Source: Octopus sinensis (taxonomy: Eukaryota). From it: a DNA stretch of 64,000 bases. Of the stretch, positions 12,731 through 25,263 are shown piece by piece; the first letter of the stretch is position 1; each line of letters starts with the position of its first letter. The notes under the pieces were generated by a model, which did not search any database, had not been told where the DNA came from, and was given only the letters and a program-made list of their open reading frames with translations. A program made the position numbers and the translations under genes. The stretch is from contig NC_043000.1 in assembly GCF_006345805.1 (NCBI RefSeq), forward strand, positions 56,420,001 through 56,484,000, given 5' to 3'.

Positions 12731-14976
12731 TATACAAGTGAGTGAACAAACAAAAGGGCACTCAACACATTTAATGGGAGTTATATATATTACTTATAAC
12801 AGTTTGATATGGTTCCATATGACTTAAAGTTTTGCAGGCCTCAAACAGAAGCCTGACTCTTTCAGGCTTTGGGTTGCTATACAGAGAGATACAAGAAGTC
12901 CAAGATGGCTACCGGAAGGTAGGCTGTTATAGTCAAGACAGATCAATGATGTTATCAAAGAATACCAGCTGCTCAGTGATAACAGTTCCTTTAGAAAGGG
13001 GTATTTCTTTGACCACATGGTTGAGCAGGAAGATGGTCTTTCTTCTATTCTGCCACCAAGCCCATTCATATTTACAAAATGTTAGAAAAGAGAATTCCAA
13101 AGGCATATGGGATGTATATATGTGATAATAGAAAATAAGGTATCAGCCAAGAACATTAAACATTATATTATGATATAATAAAATGTTTTAAATTTGCACA
13201 AATAAGGAAATGAATATATGAATACATGGATAACAGATTTAGGAGTGGAGTTAGTTAATTAGATTCCAGAACATACTATATATTTTAACCTTGGGAAGAT
13301 GAAAGACAAAGTCAGTCTTGGCCTGATTTGAATTAAAAACATAATGAGCCAGACTGCAAGGGATTTTGTGAGGTGCTTAATGATATTACCAATTAAACAA
13401 TTCCTCTATTCAGATATAAATTAAAGAATATAAATAAAATGCAAAAACAAAACCAAGATGAGAAGCTTTCATTTTGGTTGGATCAGAGCAACAAATATTA
13501 CCTTCCTCTAATAATGGATGACTTAAGATAAAACTCAACATCCTCTTTGTAGTTAAACAATATAGTTGTTCATAGGCTGTTGATGTAGTTTTCACTATTA
13601 ATCTCTACAATCAAGTGCTGAAGACTTGAACTACCCTATTTCCTACTCTTTCAACAAAGTGTTTCTTTCTTTTTCATATATACTATCCAGTATATCCATT
13701 AGCTCTTCATTTGTGATTTGAAGAACCATGAATCCCACATCATCTTGGTGGTGGTGGTGGTGGTGTGGTTGGGATGAACCATACAGGTGATGATGAACCA
13801 AGGATTAATGTTTCCATTAATATCTCTTGTTGTGACTCCCATGTTATGTAATCCCACATTTTATGGTACCAGGTGTGTGAAGCTTTTGCTCACAATCTGG
13901 TACAATACATGGGGAAGACTTTCTGGATGCCGCACTTTGCACTCAGTTTTGAAAATGGAACACATTTACACATTCCCAACTCATGTGAAAGGAAGACGTG
14001 TTATGGTAAACATGATCTAGGATTTCCTTTGGCTGTTCCTTTGAGGTCATATCAACGACTTCTTTGACTTTCATAAGGAGACACAGGTCATTATCCTTCT
14101 TGTCTGTCCTTTGAAAAAATTCTTCAGACAAAGAGGTACACATTTTTCATGACATGTCTGTTTCTGGGACTGGATTTGATCCACATACTAAATCTTACTA
14201 TGGCTTGTAATGCTAGCAAAGGAGCCATTTTTAGTACTTTTGTTAACAATGTACAAGCTTGTGTTATTGTTATAGTTGCTGTTGTATATTGTTGTTGTTG
14301 TTGTTGTTAGTACTTTGTTTGATGCTATTAAATATGCATTCTCAGATGTCAAGTTGTGACTGTCTGTGTTTGTAAGTATAATTCTTTGTTTCATTGAAAT
14401 ATTCTTTTAAATTCTGTTTTTCTATAATTTTAAATTCATTTTTGTCAATTGAAAATACATTTTGAGGTATTGTTTTCAGCGGGTGAGAGTTATATTAAAT
14501 GCTTCTCCCATTTTTGTGATTATTTGTTCTATCTCAACCACCACCACCAATATAGAACGGAGTGTAAATATAAGAAAAAAATCTTTCGGATAAATAAAAC
14601 TAATGTCTAAGAGACAGACTTTCTGTCTACCAAAGGTATTGGGATGGACATCCAAAACATTTGGACATCTTCTTCTTGTTTGTAAAATAACCATAAAAAA
14701 AATAGAAAAACAAAAAAAAAGCAAGAAAGAAAATGTTCATCCAATAAAACTTGGTAATAATCCAATTTCTGAGAACAGTCTGAATAACACATCCGTTCAT
14801 GTCAAAATACGATAACAACACCACCAACAACAGCAATGATGATGATGATGATGATGATGAGGAGGAGGAGGAGGAGGAGGAGGAGAGGAGGAGGGGGAGG
14901 GCAATAATGATAATAATAATTATAGTAATGGAAATGGAGGGAGAGAGAGAGAAAGAGAGAGACAGTGAGAGAAAGT

Positions 14977-15007
<31 letters not shown>

Positions 15008-15230
15008 CAATGAAAATTTGGAATTAGGTCCTATAATGTTCAGCAAGTAATTTCCTTATTTCATCATCAGGTTTAATCAGTAATTTCATGGAGTACTGAT
15101 GCTAAAGGTGTGTGCTGTAGGAAATTAATAACCAAACAACTGCACATACTGCATGAGTGAGGTGTAGTATACCTTGTGTGTACAGGTGTATGCTGTATGT
15201 ATGATATAGATGTATGTATGTATGTATATA

Positions 15231-15276
<46 letters not shown>

Positions 15277-15312
15277 ATATATATATATGCACACATACAT
15301 ATTTACATACAT

Positions 15313-15356
<44 letters not shown>

Positions 15357-16009
15357 AGAGAGGGAGAAAACAGACAGATAGAAAAAATAGTAAAATAGAT
15401 ATGATAGATAGATCCAAAGATATTCATATATGCATCAACAGTACATGTGTATATAAACTTGAGCACACACACGTATGTACTTACATATTTGTATGTGAGA
15501 GTATATACATACATAGATATATATATATAATATATATATATATATAATTTCACATATATGTAAGTGATATATATGTGTGTACGTACACACATACATGATG
15601 TATACATATGTGTATGTATGTGTGTGTATGTTTATCTGTATTTCATTTGTAGTAGTCAGATCTAGGAAAGGGATTGAATTTTATTATTTGAAAAGGTGAG
15701 AGGAGAGAGAGAGAGAAAGAGAGAGAGAGAGACATTGAAAGGGAAAAGAAAGTGCAATTTTAATGAAAAAATCACTGATTCCAATACTTGACATCTGATA
15801 TTACATATAGAGGAGTGTTGTTAGAGTTTAGGGTTTAAATACTGAAGTTCATGTTAAATGAAATAACAATTTCCAGTTTCAGGAAAAAACTTAACCAGAA
15901 ATGTGTTTTATTTCCAGTGACTATATATATATATTAACACCAATGTTGCTGCTAACCATGAAGGTGAGATTTTAGTGTGGGCGAACAAAAGATGAGTACG
16001 TTCAAATGT

Positions 16010-16480
16010 TTCACTTCAGCAGTTAAACCGATCATATCCTGCCCAAATATTCTGTGTTCTATGTTCAAACCAGCTAGATCCAGTCTCTTGTGCCTATGCT
16101 ACAATGTTATTCTAAGATAGTCAATTACATCATCAAAATCTCAAAGCAACAAGGTAAGGTGTGCTGCTTGCTTGCTGCTTGCTTGCTCTTGCTTCATGGG
16201 ACTGGGATCATCCCAGATTAATGGTCCCAGAAACATCATCCTGCGTAGAGTCAACCAGGTCCACCCAGTGCTTTCCATTGCTGGTGCTCCCCTGCCAACC
16301 CCTTTGCATCCTCCAAGGTGATGTTGAGCCTCTGGAGATCTTCCCCAATCATGTCCAGCCATTTGGAACAGGGTCTGCCACATGGCCTATTCCAGCCTGT
16401 GGCTGCTGCATTGAGTGAGAGTAAAGCCCTGTGAATAAATAAGCATTACATTTGACAGAATAATCTGAATGTTAAAAGGG
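16010..16480 (+). mobile_element. piggyBac-type MITE copy interrupted by an RTE LINE 3' fragment
   Basis: Matches the 9067-9285 MITE on both sides of 16158-16429. Right end ...GTTAAAAGGG|TTAA; left TIR degenerate. Confidence 0.75.
16158..16429 (-). mobile_element. 5'-truncated RTE-clade LINE 3' end with (CAAG)n-like tail
   Basis: Minus-strand translation GWNRPCGRPCSKWLDMIGEDLQRLNITLEDAKGLAGEHQQWKAL fits the RTE ORF2 C-terminal RPxGRP...W.D.I..DL...A...R..W motif. Confidence 0.75.
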
Positions 16481-17006
16481 TTAAAGCTAATTGACTCTTT
16501 AACACATAACCCTTTAGTTACCATATTTCTGTTGAGATATTCTGTCCTTCAATTAATTTTGAAAATAATGAAGAATTTAGCAAAATAAATTTGGTGTTTC
16601 ACGTACATATGTACATACAAAAAAAGATGTATGTGTTTGTATTGATGTACGTACATATTTCATTTTCTCCTCTCACTTTAAGACAAAAGTAAATAAAAAT
16701 TTTTTTACAGAAATTAACGAACGCAGATGACAGCTCTGCAAGTCAAAACAAAAGATCGCCTAAGCAACTTTCTTTATTATAATACAGATGTAACTAATTC
16801 GGAGAAACATTACTTTCATTATTCACTCATCATCAGTCTCATAATCGAACACTGAAATTTCAGTTGAAATTGAAAGTGTGATACTATTTTCATTCTCTAA
16901 TGAAACCTAGTCATTGTACAGTTCTATATTTAAGAGATGAGGAATTATGTACATTATTTACATTATTTACAATTGACGGATATTTGTCCTCATCTTGTTT
17001 GTTGTT

Positions 17007-17049
17007 AACACGTTACAGCTGCTATACCTTCCAGCCTTCATTAGGTGTC
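17007..17049 (-). ncRNA. Degenerate minimal hammerhead ribozyme motif
   Basis: RNA GACAC CUAAUGA AGGCUG gaagguauag CAGCU GUAA CG UGU. Stems I and II can form, but the core has G5>A and A13>U, so it is probably inactive. Confidence 0.45.
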
Positions 17050-17101
17050 TTGGGGAAATTTTGAACCTGGGTTCTAATTCCTAAATTATTTTTCGATGTT
17101 G

Positions 17102-17160
<59 letters not shown>

Positions 17161-17161
<1 letters not shown>

Positions 17162-18641
17162 GTAGTCTTATTTTTATAGTGTGCTTTCACTTCACTACCG
17201 AGCGCAGCTCTGTGTGCCTTGGGTATGTGCTGTGATTTGTTGTGATGCTCTGATGGTTACTGTATTGAAAGTGTTTTGCGTAGGATGTGTGCAGTGCCTA
17301 GTAGTGCAATTTTCTGGATGTTATGTGTAAGTCCTGGTGTTTTTGTTATGTATTTGTCTGAATATTTTTTATCATGCCTAATGCATGATACTGTGATAGG
17401 AATTGTTTCTGTTTTTAGATTCCACATTCTAGTTACCTCTATTTCCAGGTCTTTGTATTTTGAAAGTTTCTCCATTTCTTTTAGAGACACGTTGTCATCT
17501 GCTGGTATTGATACATAAATTAAAAAACATTTTTTTTCTTCATGATCTCTGACAACTATATCTGGTCTGTTGGCCTTAATTTCTCTATCTGTGTGTATTG
17601 GCATATCCCAGAGCATGGTTGCTTTCTCGTTTTCTGTGACCTTTTCTGGTGTGTGCCTATACCATCTTTTTTCTGTTGTTATTCCATAATGTTGGCATAG
17701 CTTCCAGTGTATGTAGGTCCCAACTCTGTCATGTCTGTGAATATATTCCTTCTTAGCCAGGACTGAGCAGCCAGAGATTATATGATTTATTGTTTCTTGT
17801 CCATCTCCACATATTCTGCAGTTGTTATATTTCTTTTCATAATATGTTTTTGGTAATTTCTGGTGGGGAGGCTTTGGTCTTGTGCTGCAATTAAAAATCC
17901 CTCTGTCTCCGCTTTGAGTCCTGAGCTACTCAACCATTGCTGGGATTTTTCTTCGTCTATTTCTTTTGCATTTAGTTTAGTCCAGTATTTGCCATGAAGA
18001 GGCTTTTCTTGCCATCGTTGTATCATGGTCCGTTGCTGTTCTAGTTTTAGTTTGGATTTCATTTGTTTTATAGCTTTTGTTTCTTCTTCTTCTTCTTCTT
18101 CTTCTTCTTCTTCTTCTTCTTCTTCTTCTTCTTCTTCATATTTGTTAGGTGGTATGATTTCTTGCTTGTATTTGTCAGCTTCCTTAAATATTGAGAACGG
18201 TTTTTTGTTTTGCTCGTGTTTTGCCGCTATTTGTATTAGTTTTCCTTCCTTCTGAAGTAGAAATTTTTGCACTCCTATGGTGGTTATTTTATAATAGTCT
18301 TCCAGCAGTATAAGGCCTCTACCACCTTCTATACGTTGTATATTTAGCCTTTCTGTCAGATTTTGGGTGATGCATCCTAGATCCTGTCATTATTTTTCTT
18401 GTTTTCCTATCTATTTTGGTTAGTTCATTTAGTGTCCAGTTAAGGATATAGTAGCTGTAACTTATAACTGGGACAGCTAAAGTGTTAATACCTATTATCT
18501 TGTTTTTAGCATTGAGCTCTGTTTTTAGTATTGATCTAACTCGTCTATAGTATTCTTTCTTTATTTTCTCTTTCATTTGTGTGTGTTGTGTCTTATCTAG
18601 TTCATGGATTCCTAAATATTTGTAAGTTTGGCTTTGGTCTA

Positions 18642-18644
<3 letters not shown>
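17161..18644 (-). mobile_element. 5'-truncated R4-clade (Dong-like) non-LTR retrotransposon inserted in a (TAA)n microsatellite
   Basis: RT end YKYLG...KEKIKKEYYRRVRSILKTELNAKNK...HHPKSD, a zinc-knuckle region, and an RLE domain LWD..IHTDREIKANRPDIVV..LIYVSIP..KEMEKLSKY with the catalytic D changed to Y. (TTA)n lies on both sides. Confidence 0.9.
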
Positions 18645-18685
<41 letters not shown>

Positions 18686-20037
18686 TATTATTATTATTAT
18701 TCAGGTCACTGCCTGAAATTGAACTCGGAATCTTGGGGTTAGTAGCTCATGCTCTTAACCACTACACCATATGCCCACGGGCATATGGCATAGTGGTTAA
18801 TTGTAACTTTCAATATCAGCATGTTTCACTGTTGGGTGGGGGGAAAGCCACACACACATACTAAGACACACACACACAAAGACATACATAAACGCACACC
18901 TCAAGCCTATCACTGTCCCTCTGTGTGTCTGTCATTAGATGTGTGTGTGTGTATGTGTGTGTGTGTGCTAGTTGTCACAAAAATGTATGTATACTGAGAG
19001 ACATAAACACTATCACACACGTATACTTGTCAGTCATCGGCCTAACATACGTAATGAATGCGCAAACACATATAAAAAATGTGACATCATCATCATTGTG
19101 GTGGTGGGAAAAGATGTCATTTACGATAGGTGACGAAAAGGAAAATGATAATCTTAAATTTTTGTAATGCAAATGAGTGAATGAAAATATAGCTTAGTTG
19201 GTAGCCAAAAGCTTACTGAATCTTTTGATACTCCATATGTCAAAAATGGCAATTCAGTTTTGGAATGCATAAGGTACATACACACACACACACACAAAAT
19301 CTCTTTTATAAATATATATATATATATATATATACACAGATAGATTATTATCATGTAAGTATTAATGGTGTCTTTACTGATAATGCTGATATCCCCCATT
19401 TACTCCATGGAAATTCCTTTGCCATTCCGTGTTTTCTTTGGTTTCTTATCTATTTCGCATTTGTACTATCTCCAAAGCTTTGGCCCTTGTGGCAAATGAA
19501 ATCATCATCATCATCATCAACATCATCGTTGTTGTTGTTGTTGTTTTCATCATCATTATTATCAACATCATTTTTCAGGAACTCAAACTTTGAGAAAATG
19601 TCTTTTGCATCGTCTACATGAATATGATAGTGTATGTATATAGACACACAAAGAACCTATAAGTTTGTATGTGTGCGTGTATTACACACACACACACACA
19701 CACATACTTTTATTACAACAGACACATCAGGTAAGTATTTGCATTTATGAAGACGGATAAATCTTGAAAAATCTGTCATTTCCGTATTCCTGTTATATTA
19801 ATCTTATTTTGCTTCATGATTTTATTAACTCTTCCTCCTTCTTATCTCTTTCTTCCCTATTTCCTTGATTTCTTTCTTTCCTTCTTTCTTTCTTTGATGA
19901 TTTTACTCAAAGAATTCTACTCTTGTTGAATAAGTGATTTAAGACTGCATCTTTGATAAAGTATGCGTGTGTGAAGTGAATGTGTGTGTGCGTTCCTGTG
20001 TGTGGATATGAATTTATGATTGATAGTCAGAATATCT

Positions 20038-20094
<57 letters not shown>

Positions 20095-20657
20095 CACACA
20101 CTCATATATATATATACACACACAGACACACATTTATATATATTTATATACATAAACACATACATGGACATATACATACATATGCAAACATACACTGCAA
20201 AAAATCCAACATACACATACAGACATATACACAGAAGAATATAAACATACCAGAAAATAATTTTATATATTTACCTGTGATTATTGGAGATTATGTAACT
20301 ATCTACCTCAGTTCCAATTTTGAGAAGCTAAGCTTCTCTTCTCAAAACCAGAAAAGACAGGAATAATTAGAACAGAAAAATGACACACCATTGATGAGCT
20401 GGAAAATTATGTTAAAACATTCTAGAAGTTTAGCCTATATTATGTAAAAGTGATGATGGTGGCGGCGGTGGTGGTGGTGGTGTGGTGGTGGTGGTAGCAG
20501 TGGTGGTGGTGCAGATGGTAGTGATGGTGATGGTGGTAGGATAGCATAATATTGACAGTAGTCATGGTATGGTAGTGATGGCAGAGTTAGCAGTAATCAT
20601 GGCAATCAATTTGTGTCCAACAACAATCCCTTCTTAGAATTCTATCAAACTTCTTAA

Positions 20658-21408
20658 CCCTTTAACATTTAAACTGACCATATCTGACCCAAATATTTTA
20701 TTATTTTATCTTGAGACTGACAAGAATGGCCTCTTACACCTAACCTACAATGTCTTTCTAAAAATATACAATTACATCATTGAAATCACAAAGTTATAAG
20801 ATAATGCACGGTTAATTCAAAACATCGTCATCATCATCATCATCATCGTTGTCGTTTAACATCCATTGTCCATGCTGGCATAGGTTGGATGGTTTGACAG
20901 GAGCTGGCCAGCTGAGAAACTCCAATTGTTTGTTTTTGCATAGTTTCTACAGCTGGATGCCCTTCCTAATGCCAACCACTTTACAGAGAGTGCTGGGTGC
21001 TTTTTACATTCTACTGGCATGGGAGTGTTTACACAGCATTAGCTCGAGTGCATCCCATGTGGCACCGGCATCTGCAAAGGATAAGCCTATATGTATGGAA
21101 GACAGCGATTTTACTTGGCTTGACATATCTGCTCAAGTACAGTAAATCACCACAACTCCCGGTCCCTTGTCATTTACTCAGTGAGGCCCAGCATCTGAAA
21201 ATCCCTTCTCACCACATCATCCCACGTCTTCCTGGGTCTACCCACTTCTACAGGTTCCCTCCACAGTTAGAGATCAGCACTTCTTTATGCAGCTGTCCTC
21301 ATCCATGCACATCACATGACCAAACCAGCACAGTCTTCTCTCTTGCACACAACATCTGATGGAATAAATAAGCATTACATTCAACAAAATAATCTGAATG
21401 CTAAAGGG
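20658..21408 (+). mobile_element. piggyBac-type MITE copy interrupted by an RTE LINE 3' fragment
   Basis: TTAA|CCCTTTAAC...GCTAAAGGG|TTAA, with an insertion at 20825-21361. Confidence 0.85.
20825..21361 (-). mobile_element. RTE-clade LINE 3' end with (GAT)n tail
   Basis: Same 3' UTR (GGCATTAGGAAGGGCATCCAGC...CCATGCCAGCATGGA..(GAT)n) as the copies at 27.7, 47.8, 52.6 and 61.6 kb. Confidence 0.8.
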
Positions 21409-23793
21409 TTAAACAGCAGCCACAACAAAGTACTCAACTACATAGGTGACCAGAAAATCATGACTGTTACCACCAATGTTACCTCACAAGATCAAATTAC
21501 ATGTGGTAGGTTATGTATTTCTATGACTCTGAGAACTATGCCAGCAAAGCACAAGCTCTTGGTACGATGCTAGAGAGGTCAAAGGATAGGGTCCAGGCTA
21601 CATGTGGACCATCTCTTGCTAGAGCTAAAATTGGATTTCTGAGTGTCAACAATTCTATCTAGAAAAAAAAAACAAAGTTACAGAAGCACAGATGATAATT
21701 CCAACAAAACCTGGGAGTTAAGTAGGGACAGAAGGGTTTAATGCTAACACACCACTTTATGTTACCCCTACTGTATACCCTCATGAGCTAGAGAACTATG
21801 GAAGTGGCAGTATATCATCATTGCAGATAGGCATGATGTAACAATTGCAAAGTCAATGACCGTTTACAAAACATCTGATCTGTTGTCCATTTGTGGTCCA
21901 AAGAAGTCTCTGATCGAAATGAATGAAACATGTGCAAAACCCACAGACAAAAGCTTTCCTTTCAGTAGCCTGAAATGGCTTAGGACAACCAGTGACTGAC
22001 TCATCCTCAGGTTTTACATCATAATTTTCCATCTTCTTCTTACATAGATGTTCAGACAATGATTAGAGGTTTTGCAACATATTCATTTGCTATTTCAAGT
22101 ATTTTTGTGCCTCTTCACACTATTGCTAGTTGTTCACAGACCCTAAGCTGGGTTTATCTGTCCTTTTGCTAGACCTTGATTTTGTCTTGCCGGGCTTCTA
22201 GAAGCCCTTCTCACCAAGCTAGGCTGGTAAGGTGCCAGTTTATTTATCAATAACCCAACCTTGTAATAAGTAAAACTGGATTGTGTATCACCAGTAGCAT
22301 GCAAAGTGACCTGATATTGTACATACATAAACACAGATACATACACACACCAATATGCATACATACACATAACTAGACAAACATATGTATATGCACACAT
22401 GTGCATCAGTCAAAAACATACAGATTCATGCATGCAAATAACATATACACACACATGTGTGCACACAAACACATACATAGACAAAGACAAACAGACAGAC
22501 AGACTACACAATATTCAGTGGGAACAGCCACATGCTTGATGCAGGAGACTATTCAGTGAATTTACAATGAATATTATCTCCAACATTAATATCACAGTGT
22601 GTTAAATAACCAGCTTTTCTTCTGATTACATGCACTAAAGAAAGCTTTCATTCATTCAAAACCTGAATTTGCCATGCAGAAAATTACTACAAGTAATATG
22701 GCTGGACATAGCAGCATTAACATCAGAGATGAAATGAAGGAAAAACAACACTGAAAAAGGAAAATACTATCTTATCAGTTGTAGTTTGAGAAGAAATTAA
22801 AATTATTTGAAATTATAAATTACATTATACTTGGGGTAGTGAACTCAATAATGACTTATGTAATTGCTGTAAAATGGCAAAAAATATCCTTCTGTAGGAA
22901 TAAATGAAAATTTACTGCAACAAACTTTAACCAGATAGTTAGATTTATTTCATGAGAAAATAATTACAATAACAACCAACATCATTTTAATGTAATATAA
23001 GGGTCAGTGATTGTAATTTTTTTCTCAGCAGTGAAAACATTGCACAAAAAAACGGTAAACAAACATTCCTAAAACAGGCAAGCCAATATTATGTGTGACC
23101 AGAGCAGAATCCTACTGCTACAATTCAGTAAGGTCCACCATTATCATTTAGCTGCTTGTGATCATAGAAATAGCCAAAATTAGCAAATAAATTATGAACT
23201 GAAAGAGCACAGAATATGAAAGGGAAATGTATTTTTAATGAAATGTTTTCATGAAAGAGTATTTCAGTTTTAAAGTTCCCCTGCAACACAAACCCTAGTT
23301 GACTAATATTGATAGTAATTAATGATAGAGAGAAAGATTAATGATAAGGGGAGAGAACAATTTGCAACAGTGTAATGAACCATCATTCCGGCAAATAAAC
23401 ACCTGTTTATATTCCCTCTCCACAAATGCTAAACAGCATTATGAGCACACTGAAGAAGTAAACAAAGACAAAATAATGAAAGAAATGTCAACAAATTTGA
23501 TGATATCAAATGCAACAAAATAAATTGCTACACTTCTAACCAAAAAAGAACTAAAGAAGAAAATGGAGAAAATGAACAGAGATGATAACAAAAAGAAAAC
23601 CTGAATATAAATTGACTACTCTCAAACAGGAGCTAAAACATTTCAGTAAAAAAAATAAATTGTCACCAAGAAGAAAATAACTGAAAGAAGATTTAGTTGA
23701 AATGTGTGTTTGTGTAAATGTACACGAGAAGATGTATCTATATATGCATACACATATACACAAACATATATACATATATATATATATATACAC

Positions 23794-23826
<33 letters not shown>

Positions 23827-23985
23827 GATATAAATATAAAATAAATATAAGAGAGTGGTCACTATATTGCTCACTCTAGCACCAGTTAATCCAAAAGGTT
23901 TCAACCACGAAAATACATGTTTCCCATGAAAGCCAGTACGACTGTTAGCTCACACGGACAGGGCAAGTAAAAAATAACAAAAATA

Positions 23986-24081
23986 CAGATTATTTTGGGA
24001 CAATTGTTTCGCTATTAATGAATTAAATGTAATATTACTTACAAAAAAATCCATTTGTAGCTCGTCAGCCAAGACTATCTG
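23986..24081 (-). ncRNA. Type I hammerhead ribozyme (inverted copy)
   Basis: Reverse complement of the 24206-24300 motif, differing only by one extra U in the loop II U-run. Confidence 0.85.
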
Positions 24082-24205
24082 GATGAAATCCACTCAATCA
24101 CTCGCCAGATTTTACCATAACGATAAATACGCGTGGTTCAAATTGAACCACACGCGTATTTATCGTTATGGTAAAATCTGGCGATGTGATTGAGTGGATT
24201 TCATC

Positions 24206-24300
24206 CAGATAGTCTTGGCTGACGAGCTACAAATGGATTTTTTGTAAGTAATATTACATTTAATTCATTAATAGCGAAACAATTGTCCCAAAATAATCTG
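24206..24300 (+). ncRNA. Type I hammerhead ribozyme, predicted cleavage after GUC at 24287
   Basis: Stem I CAGAUAGUCUUGG/CCAAAAUAAUCUG (11 of 13 paired), core CUGACGA, stem II GCUA/UAGC with a 42-nt loop, GAAA, palindromic stem III ACAAUUGU, C17. Confidence 0.88.
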
Positions 24301-24720
24301 ATTTTTGTTATTTTTACTTGCCCTGTCCGTGTGAGCTAACAGTCGTACTGGCTTCATGGAAACATGTATTCGTGGTTGAAACCTTTGGATTAACTGGTGC
24401 TAGAGTGAGCAATATAGTGACCACTCTCTTATATTTATTTCGTAAAAATATTATAATAGTTATAAAATTATAATAATCCAGGTTTCTCGTAGCACTAGGC
24501 CACTTGGTGTTGAAAATATATATTAAATTAGTATCTAATTCTCTCACCTTATTAATTAATTATAATATGCTGCATTTATTTCTAAATGTGTATTTGTTTT
24601 CCGTGAAAGTTTGGCGCGCTGTTGGTTGGGGCATTTGATTATAACGTCGGATGTAATCAATTGAACCACCGCGTATTTATCGTTATGGTAAAATCTGGGT
24701 GTGATTGAGTGGATTTCATC

Positions 24721-24814
24721 CAGATAGTCTTGGCTGACGAGCTACAAATGGATTTTTTTGTAAGTAATATTACATTTAATTCATTAATAGCGAAACAATT
24801 GTCCCAATAATCTG
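24721..24814 (+). ncRNA. Type I hammerhead ribozyme (second tandem copy), predicted cleavage after 24803
   Basis: Same core and stems as 24206-24300. Two A's are missing in the 3' strand of stem I. Confidence 0.82.
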
Positions 24815-25098
24815 TATTTTGTTTTTTTTACTGCCCTGTCCGTGTGAGCTAACAGTCGTACTGGCTTTCATGGGAAACATGTATTTTCGTGTTGAAACTT
24901 TTGGATTAACTGGTGCTAGAGTGAGCAATATGTGACCACTCTCTTATATTTATTTTGTAAAAATATTATATATGTTATAAAATATTATAATATCCAGGTT
25001 TCTCGTAGCACTAGGCCACTTGGTGTGAATAAATATACTATTAAATTAGTATCTAATTCTCTCACCCTTATTAATTAATTATAGATATATATATATAT

Positions 25099-25159
<61 letters not shown>

Positions 25160-25173
25160 TATGTGTGTGTATG

Positions 25174-25263
<90 letters not shown>

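Larger units (their letters stand above)
16915..18800 (-). mobile_element. tRNA-headed SINE-like element with internal (TAA)n, a degenerate hammerhead motif near its 3' end and a 22-bp 5' fold-back; split by an R4/Dong insertion
   Basis: Head GGGCATATGGTGTAGTGGTTAAGAGC...GAGTTCAATTTCAGGCAG at 18702-18776 has A/B boxes. The 3' part (16915-17104) resumes after (TAA)n. Inverted copy of the head at 18779-18800. Confidence 0.7.
23838..25083 (+). mobile_element. Non-coding hammerhead-bearing element: inverted X, then X-Y-Z-X-Y (518-bp unit), inside an (AT)n tract; retrozyme/Penelope-pLTR-like
   Basis: Palindrome arms 23838-24141 and 24143-24441. Direct repeat 24143-24564 against 24661-25083. Three HHR motifs and no convincing ORF. 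Confidence 0.85.

Noticed and set aside
12824-13125. GC-richer segment with ORFs on both strands; LPSG motif reminiscent of L2/Rex1 C-termini
   Set aside because: The similarity is too short to assign. It is probably an old LINE remnant.
13870-14190. Protein-like frames (YMGKTFWMPHFALSFENG...; SEEFFQRTDKKDND...)
   Set aside because: All frames have stops, there is no identifiable family and there are no consistent splice sites.
16798-16849. Minus-strand CUGAUGA...GAAA with a 4-bp stem I
   Set aside because: Stems II and III cannot form, so it is at best a relic.
18702-18776. tRNA-like sequence as a functional tRNA gene
   Set aside because: The B box is degenerate, the stems are poorly paired and it is continuous with a repeat body. 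It is a SINE head, and the same applies to the other tRNA-like heads.
21420-22260. Minus-strand decayed coding-like region faintly resembling a pogo/Tigger HTH
   Set aside because: Many stops, no TIRs found and no clear DDE motif.
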